Origin: a virus
Taxonomy: Duplodnaviria; Caudoviricetes
Virus record (IMG/VR): IMGVR_UViG_3300013382_000004
Direction: 5' to 3' (one strand)
Length of the DNA: 64,000 nt
Shown: piece after piece, positions 1-10,458 of the stretch
Numbering within the stretch: position 1 is the first letter of the stretch
How the letters are laid out: every line of letters starts with the position of its first letter
Translations under genes and position numbers: made by a program
The notes under the pieces: model-generated
Told to the model about the DNA's origin: nothing
The model's input: only the letters and a program-made list of their open reading frames with translations
Database searches by the model: none

Positions 1-224
1 ACAAAATTTTGGGCGTTTTCCTGCAACGAAAACGCATCTATTTACCCCCAATCATGCCCTATTTCTGCAAGATTTCTTGCATAATTAGAGGTCTCCCATT
101 AATATTAAAGCCCCTGTGTAATGGGCTTTGCGTGTATAAAAATACACAAACAAACCTACTATATTCATAGGTTTATAAATAATAATACAAATATTTTTGA
201 GTAAGAAATTGTCGGACGTGATGA

Positions 225-272
225 CTACCATATATGGTGTTGTTGTAAAATTAACACCCCTATATCTTGTGG
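225..272. promoter_or_regulatory. Tandem NrdR-box-like palindromes
   Basis: CTACCATATATGGTGT (225-240) and CCCCTATATCTTGTGG (257-272), 32 bp apart, resemble consensus acaCwAtATaTwGtgt. Confidence 0.45.
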
Positions 273-445
273 TCTATGACCAAATAAAATCACGTTTTTA
301 ATTTAGCACTTACTAAAATATCCAACTATTCTTACTCAATCTGTAAATATTTGTTTGTCGAAAGATTAGTGCTTATTATTCTCAGACTCCAAAATCATAC
401 TTGTCTATACTTCACGCCTTCATAGAACAATTACACAGTCACTTA

Positions 446-1036
446 TCAATCGTCCAGTTCATTTATTCCATCTACTCTGAGATGATGAGTCTTGCTGTCT
501 CCCTCACCGCCATCATTCTGAACATTTTGTCCAGAGAAATCGCTTTCGCCACCGTCCAGTATGGAGTTGGTATATCCACTGTTTAACGAGGCTAACCAGA
601 GTTCTTGGAATTTTTCTTCGCTTCCTTTAAATCCAGCTTTTACAGCGTAAGTATAAGGATTGTTGTTTTGCCCTCCACCTAAACTTAAATGCTGGTCTAC
701 AGGTGCTCCATTTATAACTTTATAAACATCACCCGTAGTATATAAAATTAAATCTCCATCTACACTTCCTTCCACGGCAGACCGAGGTTCACCATCGGAA
801 ATATACCATTGTGAAGATTTACCTTCTAATCCCCTAGGAATATAAAAATCAAGTTGTACATCTTTTTCTGTACCTACGTTTTCTACTCGCGCTTCTTCTG
901 CGGCATCTATCGTGTAAGTGGCATGAACCTTTACGGATACGGTTCCACCACTTCCTCCTCCAGAACCACCACCTTCTCCAGAAAGCGCTGCCATACTGTA
1001 CAGTAAAGCGATATTAGAGATAGCTTCATTTGCCAT
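446..1036 (-). CDS. Virion structural/tail-associated protein
   Basis: 196 aa, Gly-rich linker, LDFYIPRG and AYxxAVxxGFxGSEEEF-type motifs typical of tail proteins; one CGG at 782-784. Confidence 0.6.
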   Translation of the reverse strand: MANEAISNIALLYSMAALSGEGGGSGGGSGGTVSVKVHATYTIDAAEEARVENVGTEKDVQLDFYIPRGLEGKSSQWYISDGEPRSAVEGSVDGDLILYTTGDVYKVINGAPVDQHLSLGGGQNNNPYTYAVKAGFKGSEEKFQELWLASLNSGYTNSILDGGESDFSGQNVQNDGGEGDSKTHHLRVDGINELDD

Positions 1037-1050
1037 AATTTAGCCCTCCC

Positions 1051-1335
1051 TTATAACATTACGCTAATTACTGGGTCAGTACCGCTATAAGATAAACGTA
1101 TTTGATAATACCGTGCTACTTCAAAAGAAGTAATTCCCTAGGGAGCGACTGCTGACTTAGTTAAATCGGCCTTAACGCCTGAAATCTAAACATAATCACT
1201 CTCTTTCGTCAATCGCCCTTCAACTTTTACACTTCCAGACTTGACTTCAAGTTTGACCATGCTGACTGAAGCAGGAACATGAAATTCACGCTCTCCACCA
1301 GCGGTAAAGACTACTTTTTCTTTCCTAACTACCAT
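1051..1335 (-). CDS. Hypothetical protein, 94 aa (two internal TAG=Gln)
   Basis: AAAGGAG RBS, MVVRKEKVVFTAGG...; frame open to TAA only if TAG is read through; absent from the ORF track. Confidence 0.75.
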
Positions 1336-1476
1336 TAAAAGCTGTCACTCCTTTCTCTATAATATAAATATAACTTCGTGTAAACATTTATTGTTTTTTT
1401 GTAAATGAAAGTAGAATTACATTTAATTATAGTAATTTCCAATTTAATATTTTCGATATCTTTACCAAATTATTGC

Positions 1477-1887
1477 TTAAGAAATAACCTGATACCAGAA
1501 ATCTCCACTCTTCTGTCCTGTAGGTTGTGTCGCATTTACTACAATATCAGGACCAGAACTTACTGCTGCCCACGTAGGAGCGCCAGAACCATTACTCTTT
1601 AAATAGTACCCACTCGTTCCAACAGTTGTTGCTGCGTAGAAAGTAGGATTAGCATTAGAACTACCATTCATAGTAATAGAGTTCGCAGTTTTACTGTTAG
1701 CAGTAGTTTGTGCCGCAGAAGCTGCAGATTTAGCTTCGTCAGCAGTAGTCTAAGCAGCCGCAGCAGCCGTAGAAGCAGCACTTGCAGCATCAGCGGCATC
1801 AGCAGCCGCATTTTGAGCAGTTACATCTGTTACTGTACCAACATCACCATTGGGCAAAGTTATTTTTTTAAAATTAAAATTTGCCAT
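1477..1887 (-). CDS. Tail-fibre-like protein, 136 aa (TAG at 1750-1752)
   Basis: GGAGG RBS; internal repeat AAAA[TAG]TTA / AAQTTA; C-terminal QPTGQKSGDFWYQ. Confidence 0.75.
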
Positions 1888-1903
1888 TTACATCCTCCCT
1901 TCC

Positions 1904-2617
1904 TTAACCTTTAGGACCACTTGTAGTCTCCGTTACACTTGTTACAACAGTTACATCGTCAAAAGTAGGAAGTGTAACATTACTTGGAGTCGTACCAGCG
2001 GTAAAAGTATCTACTCCTTGGGTAAAAGATGCTGCTGTTCCGTTTGTTACAGAAATAGTTACATTTCCGTTGGCTTGTGTAACACTAACAGCAGTTGGAA
2101 TATTTGCACTAAAACTATCCTCTCCTCGGTTAAAAGAGGGAGCTGTACCAGCAGTTACAGAACCAGCAACCTTAACTTTGCTTGCCGTTCCAATATTACT
2201 TGTAACATTATGAGTATGAGTCTTACTTGCGGCATTAATCTCAATGCCCAATTCCTCCCAAGAACTTGCGCTAGCAGTTCCATCAATGGCTTTAATACAA
2301 ATCCACTCTGAGTGTCCTGCCGTTTCAAGCCATACGTCTCCAACTCTTGCTGAAGTTATAGTTTTAATTTCCTCAGCAGTTTCTTTTGTTCCTTTGAAAG
2401 TAAGGAAACTGCCAAGCTGCTCAAAAAGAGTATCAGCATGATTATAAGCTTCCACACCCTTATCATAAGCCTGTTTTACTGCGCTTGCAGAGCCAACTTT
2501 TTCAACAGAAGTACTTGTTACAGTAGTGTCTATATCATCACTATGTAAAGCTGTATTATCTATTAATTGATAAGGAGCGGTTACATTAGGAAGTTTAATT
2601 TTACTAATATTAGCCAT
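1904..2617 (-). CDS. Tail-fibre-like protein
   Basis: Thr/Ala/Ser-rich, N-terminal MANISKIKLP module, GDVW...WEELG motif; RBS favours start at 2617/2620. Confidence 0.65.
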   Translation of the reverse strand: MANISKIKLPNVTAPYQLIDNTALHSDDIDTTVTSTSVEKVGSASAVKQAYDKGVEAYNHADTLFEQLGSFLTFKGTKETAEEIKTITSARVGDVWLETAGHSEWICIKAIDGTASASSWEELGIEINAASKTHTHNVTSNIGTASKVKVAGSVTAGTAPSFNRGEDSFSANIPTAVSVTQANGNVTISVTNGTAASFTQGVDTFTAGTTPSNVTLPTFDDVTVVTSVTETTSGPKG

Positions 2618-2897
2618 CATTGTCTCCTTTCTAATGTTTTTCAATTTATCCATCTGTACATCATGGATAAATTAAAAACCCAACCAATATTATTAATCGG
2701 TCAGGTTATTTATGCTTTTTTGTATTATATGTATATCAATTTACGATGTAAAAATATGGTAAATGTATGTATATAACACAAAAAGAGCATATTTACAAAA
2801 TCTAACAATAATCTAATAATAGTCAGATTGCATAAATACAGCTCTTTTTGCTTTTTTAAATTTATTAAAATTTTATTAAATTATAATTAATAAACAA

Positions 2898-2945
2898 CCA
2901 CTAGATATAGTATCGCCGCAAAAATTATAACAATATATATTGTGG
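2898..2945. promoter_or_regulatory. Second pair of NrdR-box-like palindromes
   Basis: CCACTAGATATAGTAT (2898-2913) and ACAATATATATTGTGG (2930-2945), 32 bp apart. Confidence 0.4.
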
Positions 2946-3079
2946 TGTAAAGGTAAATAAAAAATTGTTTTTATTTGGTGACTATTTTTAAAAACCGAGA
3001 GAGATAAATTTGCTCTCTCGGTAAATATTAATCGTTTGTAAACCCTCTCATCGTTTGCAAATGATTAACTTGAGAGTTG

Positions 3080-4255
3080 CTAATCGTTTGCTTTATCTAT
3101 ATATCTAAAAATAAACCTGTGGTGATAAGGATTCTCTTTTTGCCATTTTTCACCTTTTTCTTCTATTCTTTTCTTAATTGTCCGTGGATACAAACCAATA
3201 TTATATTTTTCTTTGAAATATCTACAAACTTCATTTACACAAAGCATTTGAAAAGAGTCATTTTCTTGCAAATCAATCACTTCGACTATTTTCATTTTCT
3301 TTTCTTTTTCTTTTTGCGCACTGTAGTTACACCACCCAATTTCCGTGGCATTCTACAATGCAGTTCGAATAGTATGATAGTCAAATCCAGTTTCTTTTCT
3401 TATCTATCCTGTAGTCATACCAGAATTAAAATAATCAGCAATTTCTTTCATAATTGGTCTGGAGCTTGAGTCCATAATTTTAATCCAATCAATTTCATCA
3501 AAATTTATATAGTTGCTTAATTCACTTTTTAAAATATTAACTTTAATAAATTCAAACAAACTTTCTCTGCAATCTATTATTATTAATTTTATGTTGTGTT
3601 CTTTTGCTAAATCAATTTTTATTTTATCTCTTTCGAAACTTCCTTTATCCCAGTTTTGTACTTCTTTGTAATGTTGCTGACCATGCATTTCTATTGCAAC
3701 TTTATCTCCCTTAAAAGTTTCAAAATATCCATCATAACGATACAAACCAGCCCAATCAGGACTCCACTCTAATTTTGTATAATTAAAATTGTTTTTTGTT
3801 TGTAGAAACAAAGCTCTTAAAATCTTATTAGGCATAGAAACTGCTTTGTTATCGCAATTTTTGCATGGATGTGCTCTTTTACAAAAATTTCTAATAAAAA
3901 TATATTCACGTTCTCCACATTCAGGACATTTAAACCACGTTTTTTCTTTTGAATTTATTCCTCTTTTATAAGGCAATTCCTTATCTTCAAAAAATTTAAT
4001 TAGGTCAGGTCTAATTTCAGAAACCAAATTTTTCGTATTATCTGGAAGTTTGGTCTCCTTTTCCACTTTTCGCTCACAAATTGGACAGGTATATTTACGC
4101 TTCTATAAACTAATACCTAACATAGAAAAATTTTCACCACATTTTTTGCATTTAAACTCACATGAATCTTTCATTCTTGTAAATCTTAAAATTTCTAAAT
4201 TTGGATTATTTTCCTATATTTTTTCTATTGAAAGTTGCACCCTCTTATTCCCCAA
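3080..4255 (-). CDS. Free-standing homing endonuclease-like protein (Zn ribbons + DUF559/PD-(D/E)XK-type nuclease), about 391 aa
   Basis: GGGAGTG RBS + TTG; track ORFs 3404-4066 and 3080-3295 fuse through TAGs; CxxC pairs, RYDGYF, IEMHGQQHY, RDKIK motifs. Confidence 0.7.
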
Positions 4256-4272
4256 TATTATCACTCCCTTTA

Positions 4273-4307
4273 AAATAGAGCGAGATATATTTCAATCTCG
4301 CTCTATA
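4273..4307 (-). terminator. Intrinsic terminator-like hairpin
   Basis: ATAGAGCGAGAT/ATCTCGCTCTAT inverted repeat with flanking T/A tracts. Confidence 0.6.
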
Positions 4308-4312
4308 TTATT

Positions 4313-4456
4313 TTATTTCTGAATTCCCGCTATCAATTCCTCAAAACTACTCCACCCAAATAATTTAGCTATCTATTCTCGAAGCGTCTCATCTTTTAAG
4401 TAAAACACTTCTTGCCCTTGTTTAGAGGGTAATTTAATCTTGGAAATGTTTGGCAT
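4313..4456 (-). CDS. Small 47 aa protein carrying the tail-fibre N-terminal module (one TAG)
   Basis: MPNISKIKLPSKQGQEVFYLKDETLRE[TAG]IAKLFG... resembles the N-termini of neighbouring genes. Confidence 0.6.
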
Positions 4457-4504
4457 AATAATTTATTAAATATAAATAATTTAAGTTTATTATACTTAAA
4501 TAAA

Positions 4505-5800
4505 TTACTCGACAGTAATGGTCTTGGAACCAGTCTGGAGAGTAGGAGCAATAGTAGCTTCTTTGCCAGTGGCAGTAAGCTCACCAAGAGTAAACTTGTC
4601 GTAAGAGCCAGAAACAGTAACGTCGGCCTCAGTACCAACAAGGTCAGCAGAGATAGTAGCCTTAGTACCAGTGAAGGTCGCAGCAAATTTATCACCTGTG
4701 AAGGTAGGTACAGAAGCAGTGGCACTCTCAACACCAACAGCGACTGTAGCCTCGTTAAAGGTGGGTAACGCACCTTTGTTAAAAACACCTTCAGTATAGG
4801 AAGGAGCGGTATAGTTAAGTTTATTAAGAGCCTTAGCAGTACCAGCAACAGAGAAAACAAGAGTTTCCGCATCGTCGCCAGAACCCATAGTAGCAGTTAC
4901 GCCCTCAGTTGCAAAACTACCCTCATCAGCAGTACAAGAACCAGCGTCCCAAGTATCGGCAGCCTTGGTAGGAAGAGTGCCAGCAGTCTTAACAGAGCCA
5001 AGAACAGTATCCATAGCAAGAGAAACAGAAACGGTTGGTGCGCTCACAGTACCAGAAACGGCAAGACCATTTTCATTATCCTTAACAAACTTTGCAGTAC
5101 CACTGGGAGTGTAAGTAGTAGAAATGGAACCTGCGGGAGTGAACTTGCCAGTGCTGGAAATAGCAGTGGCGGTATTAGCAGCCTCAGCAGCAGTAACGGT
5201 AACTTCAGGAGTATACTTAACAGAAGCAACGCCAGTTGCATAATCGGTCAGAGTAGCAGAGGCACTATCCTTGTGCGCGAGAGCACCGAGATTAAGGTCT
5301 GCATCAGTAAGACTAAGAGCGGTCTTGAGCGCATCGGCAGTAATATTACCGCTCAGAGCGAGACCAGCAATGGTACGAGAAGTGGGAACATAACCAGAGA
5401 GGTCGATATTAGTATCACCAAGCTTCTCCATAGAATATTCATCACCATTCTTAATGGTAATAAATTCCTCGTAAGCGTCACCAGCGGCAGCTCCAGCCAG
5501 AGGAACAAGATAAATCTTGTACATGGTATTGGCAGAAGGAGTAGGAAGAGAAGCCTTATCAGCAACAATCTCATACTCAAACTGATTAATCTTATCAAGG
5601 TTCTCCTTGACATAATCAGCAACAGCTTTGCTGGTAGGAAGACCAGCACCATCAGCGGTAACAGCTTCAGCGAAATCCTTAGAAGAAGCAGTACCAAGCT
5701 TCTCAATACCACCTGTTAAAGAAGCGATACTGTCACGAGCAACTTGGTCCTTAATATCATAAAGGATTTTGCCAATCTTTACTTTCTTAATATCGGGCAT
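4505..5800 (-). CDS. Tail fibre/decoration protein
   Basis: 431 aa, Thr/Ala-rich, KIYLVP..YEEF..MEKLGDT..DLSGY motif, strong codon bias. Confidence 0.7.
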   Translation of the reverse strand: MPDIKKVKIGKILYDIKDQVARDSIASLTGGIEKLGTASSKDFAEAVTADGAGLPTSKAVADYVKENLDKINQFEYEIVADKASLPTPSANTMYKIYLVPLAGAAAGDAYEEFITIKNGDEYSMEKLGDTNIDLSGYVPTSRTIAGLALSGNITADALKTALSLTDADLNLGALAHKDSASATLTDYATGVASVKYTPEVTVTAAEAANTATAISSTGKFTPAGSISTTYTPSGTAKFVKDNENGLAVSGTVSAPTVSVSLAMDTVLGSVKTAGTLPTKAADTWDAGSCTADEGSFATEGVTATMGSGDDAETLVFSVAGTAKALNKLNYTAPSYTEGVFNKGALPTFNEATVAVGVESATASVPTFTGDKFAATFTGTKATISADLVGTEADVTVSGSYDKFTLGELTATGKEATIAPTLQTGSKTITVE

Positions 5801-5841
5801 AATTAAAACCTCCTATATTATTTTTAAAATATTTTACACAA

Positions 5842-6372
5842 TTAAATTGAGAAAATAGCCGTCTCTTCTTCAACAGAAGCGGACACTTTATGGTTTAATT
5901 CAGACGTAATTTTCGCCTATGTAATGGTGCCATCTGTGTTGTTACCGAGCTCACTGTATAACTTCATAACTCCCGCAGTATCAGCAGAAGCAGTAGGAAT
6001 TTCTCCAGCACCAATTAGAACAAAACTCTCACCATCATAATAGTAAATATTATGCGTGTTATTTAAATCTATATAAATTTTATTAGTATTTTTGTCTAAT
6101 ATATTAACTTCAGTTGGATTATTTCTTACATTATAAAAAATACCGTCCTGAAAATAACCTTTGGCAAAAATATCGTTGGCATACCCTTTTGCCAACAAAC
6201 TCTCATAGGTTGCACTTCCGTCACCCACAATGGCGCAAAGCCCTTGTCGAGAAGTGTCTACCAAACAAATTTCACCACTCTTGGGTATAAAAGTCGTAGC
6301 AACCTTGGCATAATTATAATCGTTATCGCGTCTGCAAGCAATTATAGCATTAACTATTTTTTCAACTGCCAT
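5842..6372 (-). CDS. Tail protein with Mtd_N/hyaluronidase-N-like start (TAG at 5917-5919)
   Basis: RRDNDYN...FIPKSGEICL...VGDG; NTDGTIT[TAG]AKIT matches the common DGTMTQKAIT motif. Confidence 0.7.
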
Positions 6373-6411
6373 AGATTACACTCCTTTCCATAAGTGTGTT
6401 ATGCAAACCTA

Positions 6412-8046
6412 TTAACCACCAGTGGTGGGAGTGGGTGCTTTACCGCCATTCAGAATAAAGGTTACAGCATCATTAGGCTCAAGAATAGCCATATCAACTT
6501 TCTTAACTTCCCCAACACCGTTTTCGTTAATAACAACTCCATTAAGAGTATCTTCTGCTGCACCCTTAACAAGACCCACACTGTCAGTAGCAGCAAGAGG
6601 AACATTTACCTTCTTATCAGCATCAGGAGTAAGCTCGGTACCATTAACCTTAACACCAGAAATTTTACCGTTAAGAGCATCGGAAAGACCAGTGACCTTA
6701 GAAGCATCAAGAGCGCTTACACTAAGTTCGCCAGCTTCATTAATCTGAAGCTCACCGTCTTTGACAGATTTGATATCAGCAAGACCTTGAAGTTTGGTAA
6801 TATCAGCATCGGGAACAAGAGAACTGCCCTCGACCTTATCTACCTTGCCAGCAAGGGAAGTGTCAAGACCAGTAACTTTAGAAGCCGCTATACCCTTAAC
6901 ATTAAGAACCTTGCCATCAGCGGCGATTTCAAATTCATCGCTTACACCATCAATAACATTAACCTGAGCACCAGCAGCAATACCCTCAAGCTTAGTCTTT
7001 TCAGCAGTAGTGTAATCCTCCGTGGAAAGACCCTTGCCTTCAATAGTATCAACCTTGGCAGCGAGACCGTCTGTGAGCTCTTTCTTAGTGGCATACTTAT
7101 TATCAGCAGCGGCGGAAGTTTCATAGGCGCTTAAATCAACAAAACCAGCAAGAACATCCCACTTGTAAGCATCACCAACTTTAATGCAAACAATGTTAGT
7201 GCCCGCAGGATACTTGGTTCCAGCAGCCTCAACAAAGTTGTCGTTAGTGGTAAATTCGTCAGAAATATTATATACATTTCCTTCAATTACAGAAGCGAGT
7301 TCGGGCAATTCGGCAAAAGCGACAGAACCCGCAGCTTTGTAAGTGGAAGAAATCTTTGCCGCAATCTTTGCATCAACTTCGGTAGAAGTGTCGTAATTAT
7401 CAGCCAAATCCTTCTTAACAGCATCAATCGCCTCTGTGTTCTTAGTAATATTGCCAGCATTAGTCGTAATAGATTCACTGTTTGCGGCAATGTTTCCGGC
7501 ATTGGTTTTAACAGAAGTCTTAAGGTCAGCAACATCTTTGGTTAAACCGCTATCAGCATCCCCAACAGCAGCTTTAAGGTCATTAACATCTTTAACCAAA
7601 CCAGACTTTTCATCCCCGACGGTGGTCTTTAAAGACTCAACAGCGGTAGACAAACCTTCAACAGTAGTAGTATCAGGCTTAACCCACTTTAATTTACCGT
7701 CTTCTCCCTTGGTTAATTGAGCACCAGCAACAGCATCAGCAAAACCGAGTAGGTCAAGCTTTCCGTCAGCGTCTTTTGCGAAAACATTTTCATTGATAGC
7801 AACATTACCGCCAACCTCTTTAAGAGATTTATCGGGCTGGATGATATACATCTTAGCTTCGTCATTTTCAACTACAACAATATTTTCACCAAAAAAATAA
7901 GTGCCATCAGAAGAACCAACTTCAACAGCTCCCTGAGCAGCTAAATTTGCCTTGGCAAGAGTATCAAAATAGTATCTTGCGTCCAGAGGGAACGCAGTTT
8001 GCGGATTAAACGATACCGCAAAATTTAATTTACCAAAATCAGCCAT
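6412..8046 (-). CDS. Tail fibre protein with coiled-coil
   Basis: 544 aa; FPLDAR, GLVKDV repeats, GKGLSTEDYTTAEKTKLEGIAAGAQVNVI motif. Confidence 0.75.
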   Translation of the reverse strand: MADFGKLNFAVSFNPQTAFPLDARYYFDTLAKANLAAQGAVEVGSSDGTYFFGENIVVVENDEAKMYIIQPDKSLKEVGGNVAINENVFAKDADGKLDLLGFADAVAGAQLTKGEDGKLKWVKPDTTTVEGLSTAVESLKTTVGDEKSGLVKDVNDLKAAVGDADSGLTKDVADLKTSVKTNAGNIAANSESITTNAGNITKNTEAIDAVKKDLADNYDTSTEVDAKIAAKISSTYKAAGSVAFAELPELASVIEGNVYNISDEFTTNDNFVEAAGTKYPAGTNIVCIKVGDAYKWDVLAGFVDLSAYETSAAADNKYATKKELTDGLAAKVDTIEGKGLSTEDYTTAEKTKLEGIAAGAQVNVIDGVSDEFEIAADGKVLNVKGIAASKVTGLDTSLAGKVDKVEGSSLVPDADITKLQGLADIKSVKDGELQINEAGELSVSALDASKVTGLSDALNGKISGVKVNGTELTPDADKKVNVPLAATDSVGLVKGAAEDTLNGVVINENGVGEVKKVDMAILEPNDAVTFILNGGKAPTPTTGG

Positions 8047-8063
8047 TATGCGTCACCTCCATG

Positions 8064-9308
8064 TTAGATTGTAACCTTATAAGTGTTTGCAGTGTCATTG
8101 GCGTTCGCCATATCGAACACATAAACCTTATAATCAATCGCCGTATAACCGGCTGCGCCCTCAACAGAAACAACTTGCTTTGTAAACGCGCTCTTAACCT
8201 CGGCATTCATACCGTTCACATCCTGCACAGAGCTGACATCACGCAGCGTGGCAGGATATGCAAACACAACGCGAATAGCGCCAACGGGAATTGTAAGGTT
8301 GAAGCTGTTGCCAGCCGCCAAAGCCTTGTTGCTCTTACTGGAAAGGGCACGAACAAGAGCCGAATTTAACTCGCCATCTTTCGCTTCGAGCGTTCCATAG
8401 AAACTATTACGATAGCCAGTAATATTTCCAGAAGTCTTGCTCTTACTGCCAGCTTTAATCTGACCAGCAGGATAATCATTGCCAACATTAGTTTTAGGAA
8501 CAGCACCATCTTCATAAGTAGCCGTAGCAGTGATAGACAGTTTTGTGCTATCTCCAACCACAACAGCATCAAAAGTACCAGAAGCAGTACTTAAAGTCTG
8601 GCTATTAAAAACTACGCTCCAAGTTTTCGCCGTAATTCCAGTATCAGGACCATAAGTATAGCTACCTTTACTCAAAGAAGCAGTATACTTAGGAGTAACG
8701 GAAGTACCAACTTCATAAGCTTTCATTTCAGAAGAATTTAAAGAAACTGCGGGTTGGGTAGTTGTAGGATTCTTCTCTTCATTTAGAGCATCATTGAAGA
8801 AATCATAAACACTAACTCCATCAGACGCAATTGTTCCCATGCCAGCGGTAGGAACTTTATATTTACCAAAATCAAAAGTATAAGTCAAATCTTTGTCAAA
8901 ATAAACATTCTTGGCATTATAATTGCCATCTAAAGCAGCCCAAGATGTGCCATTGTAATTATAGGCAGTTTTACTTGTTTTTTCTCCAGAAATAATATGA
9001 GACACTACAACCACATCACCAGCAACAATAGTCTTACCTTCGGTAATGCGGGTAATAGCAGCATCATCAGTTTCGCCCTCGTTAACAGTAACTTGCATTA
9101 CTTGAGTAACAGGAATGTCACCACCAGAATACTTAAGAGCACCCCAAGTAGTAACACCATCACCATACTTAACTTTGCCCTTATCAGCACCGTCGAGAGT
9201 TAAGCAAGGTTCTCCTTCTTTGGGAGTGAACTCAGAAGCCACAGCATTCCAGTTAGCCTGAGTATCGCGGCGTAACTGAATAATAGTATTAATTTGTTTT
9301 TCAGCCAT
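8064..9308 (-). CDS. Tail protein with Mtd_N-like N-terminus
   Basis: IQLRRDTQANW...PKEGEPC...KYGDGVTTWGALKY; Ig-like beta-rich C-terminus. Confidence 0.7.
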   Translation of the reverse strand: MAEKQINTIIQLRRDTQANWNAVASEFTPKEGEPCLTLDGADKGKVKYGDGVTTWGALKYSGGDIPVTQVMQVTVNEGETDDAAITRITEGKTIVAGDVVVVSHIISGEKTSKTAYNYNGTSWAALDGNYNAKNVYFDKDLTYTFDFGKYKVPTAGMGTIASDGVSVYDFFNDALNEEKNPTTTQPAVSLNSSEMKAYEVGTSVTPKYTASLSKGSYTYGPDTGITAKTWSVVFNSQTLSTASGTFDAVVVGDSTKLSITATATYEDGAVPKTNVGNDYPAGQIKAGSKSKTSGNITGYRNSFYGTLEAKDGELNSALVRALSSKSNKALAAGNSFNLTIPVGAIRVVFAYPATLRDVSSVQDVNGMNAEVKSAFTKQVVSVEGAAGYTAIDYKVYVFDMANANDTANTYKVTI

Positions 9309-9354
9309 ACTATTGTCTAACCTCCTTATCTTAATTCAATCTATATTTTTATTT

Positions 9355-10065
9355 TTATATTGCATTACCACCATCAAGTATTAAAGTGTCTGTTTTTAAA
9401 ACAGCTTCTTCTTTAACATCGTTTACATCACCAACAGTGGCGATTTCTTGTTCTTCATCTTTTGCGCTTACGCCAGCTTCTTTTTCATCCTAAGAAACAT
9501 AGCAAATTTTGTCTTGATATACATTAATTCTAGACCCAACATATTTTCCTGTGGCATCTTTCTTGTCAGCGTAAATCTAAGCTGCCATACCACTTAAATC
9601 GCCATCCCCACTACCATCATGCACTCCAACAAAACTTTCAAGTCCATCGTTACGAACAAATTTTGTTCCACCACCATCAGTTTCATTAAAGACATAGGAT
9701 TTTCCATTCGCACCAGTAACAACTTTAGAAACGGCTCCAATAGATTCGGGAGTAAGCGTAAACCATTCCAGACCATCCGCGCTTTTACGCATTAATTGTC
9801 CAGCAACAGCTTCAGCATATCCTGCTATTTCAATCTTGCCATCACTTACAAGAATAGTTTTATTATCAGTAGCAATAGCTCCTGAATAGGGAAGCTTTCC
9901 CCAAACAGTAACACCATCACCAAATTTTACTTGCCCTTTATATTTTCCTTCTGTTACAACACAAGCCTCACCAGCTTCAGGAATATATTTGTCGGCTACT
10001 TTATCCCAAGCACTTTGAGGGCCATTGCGAAGCTGAATAACAGAAACCACATTTTTAATCGCCAT
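9355..10065 (-). CDS. Tail protein with Mtd_N-like N-terminus, 236 aa (two TAG)
   Basis: Same N-terminal motif; read-through continues to ...TLILDGGNAI-TAA, the DGG tail shared with neighbours. Confidence 0.75.
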
Positions 10066-10073
10066 TATTCGCC

Positions 10074-10442
10074 TCACATTTCTGGTACGCTACCGCCATC
10101 AAGATGCAATTTATCCGTAGATAAGATTACTTCATCTTTTTCAGGTAGATTAGCCACAATATTGTTTTCCTTAACCACGCAACTTTCCCAGTTGCCTTCG
10201 CTATTTTTATAAGAAATTATCTCACCAGAATAATCGTACTTGGCTATCCATAATCTCATTTCAGCTTCACTATCAAAAACATTTTTTTTAACAATACTTT
10301 TTAAGTTGCCCTTCTCGTCATAATAACTCAACTCAGCACTTTTATCTTCGTTATTTGTCACAATCAAGCTCTCTTCGGGGATGACTTGTTGTGTAATGCT
10401 ATTATCAATTTTATTTTTATCTACATATGCTAATTTAAACAT
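10074..10442 (-). CDS. Hypothetical structural protein
   Basis: 122 aa, AGGAGG RBS, C-terminal LHLDGG motif. Confidence 0.65.
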   Translation of the reverse strand: MFKLAYVDKNKIDNSITQQVIPEESLIVTNNEDKSAELSYYDEKGNLKSIVKKNVFDSEAEMRLWIAKYDYSGEIISYKNSEGNWESCVVKENNIVANLPEKDEVILSTDKLHLDGGSVPEM

Positions 10443-10458
10443 TGGTCATCCTCCTTTC

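Noticed and set aside
4396-7720. Leu-rich and opposite-strand ORFs in the track (for example 4396-4872, 5353-5712, 6394-7134, and 44585-45190 elsewhere)
   Set aside because: They are shadow frames of strongly biased real genes, with no RBS or motifs
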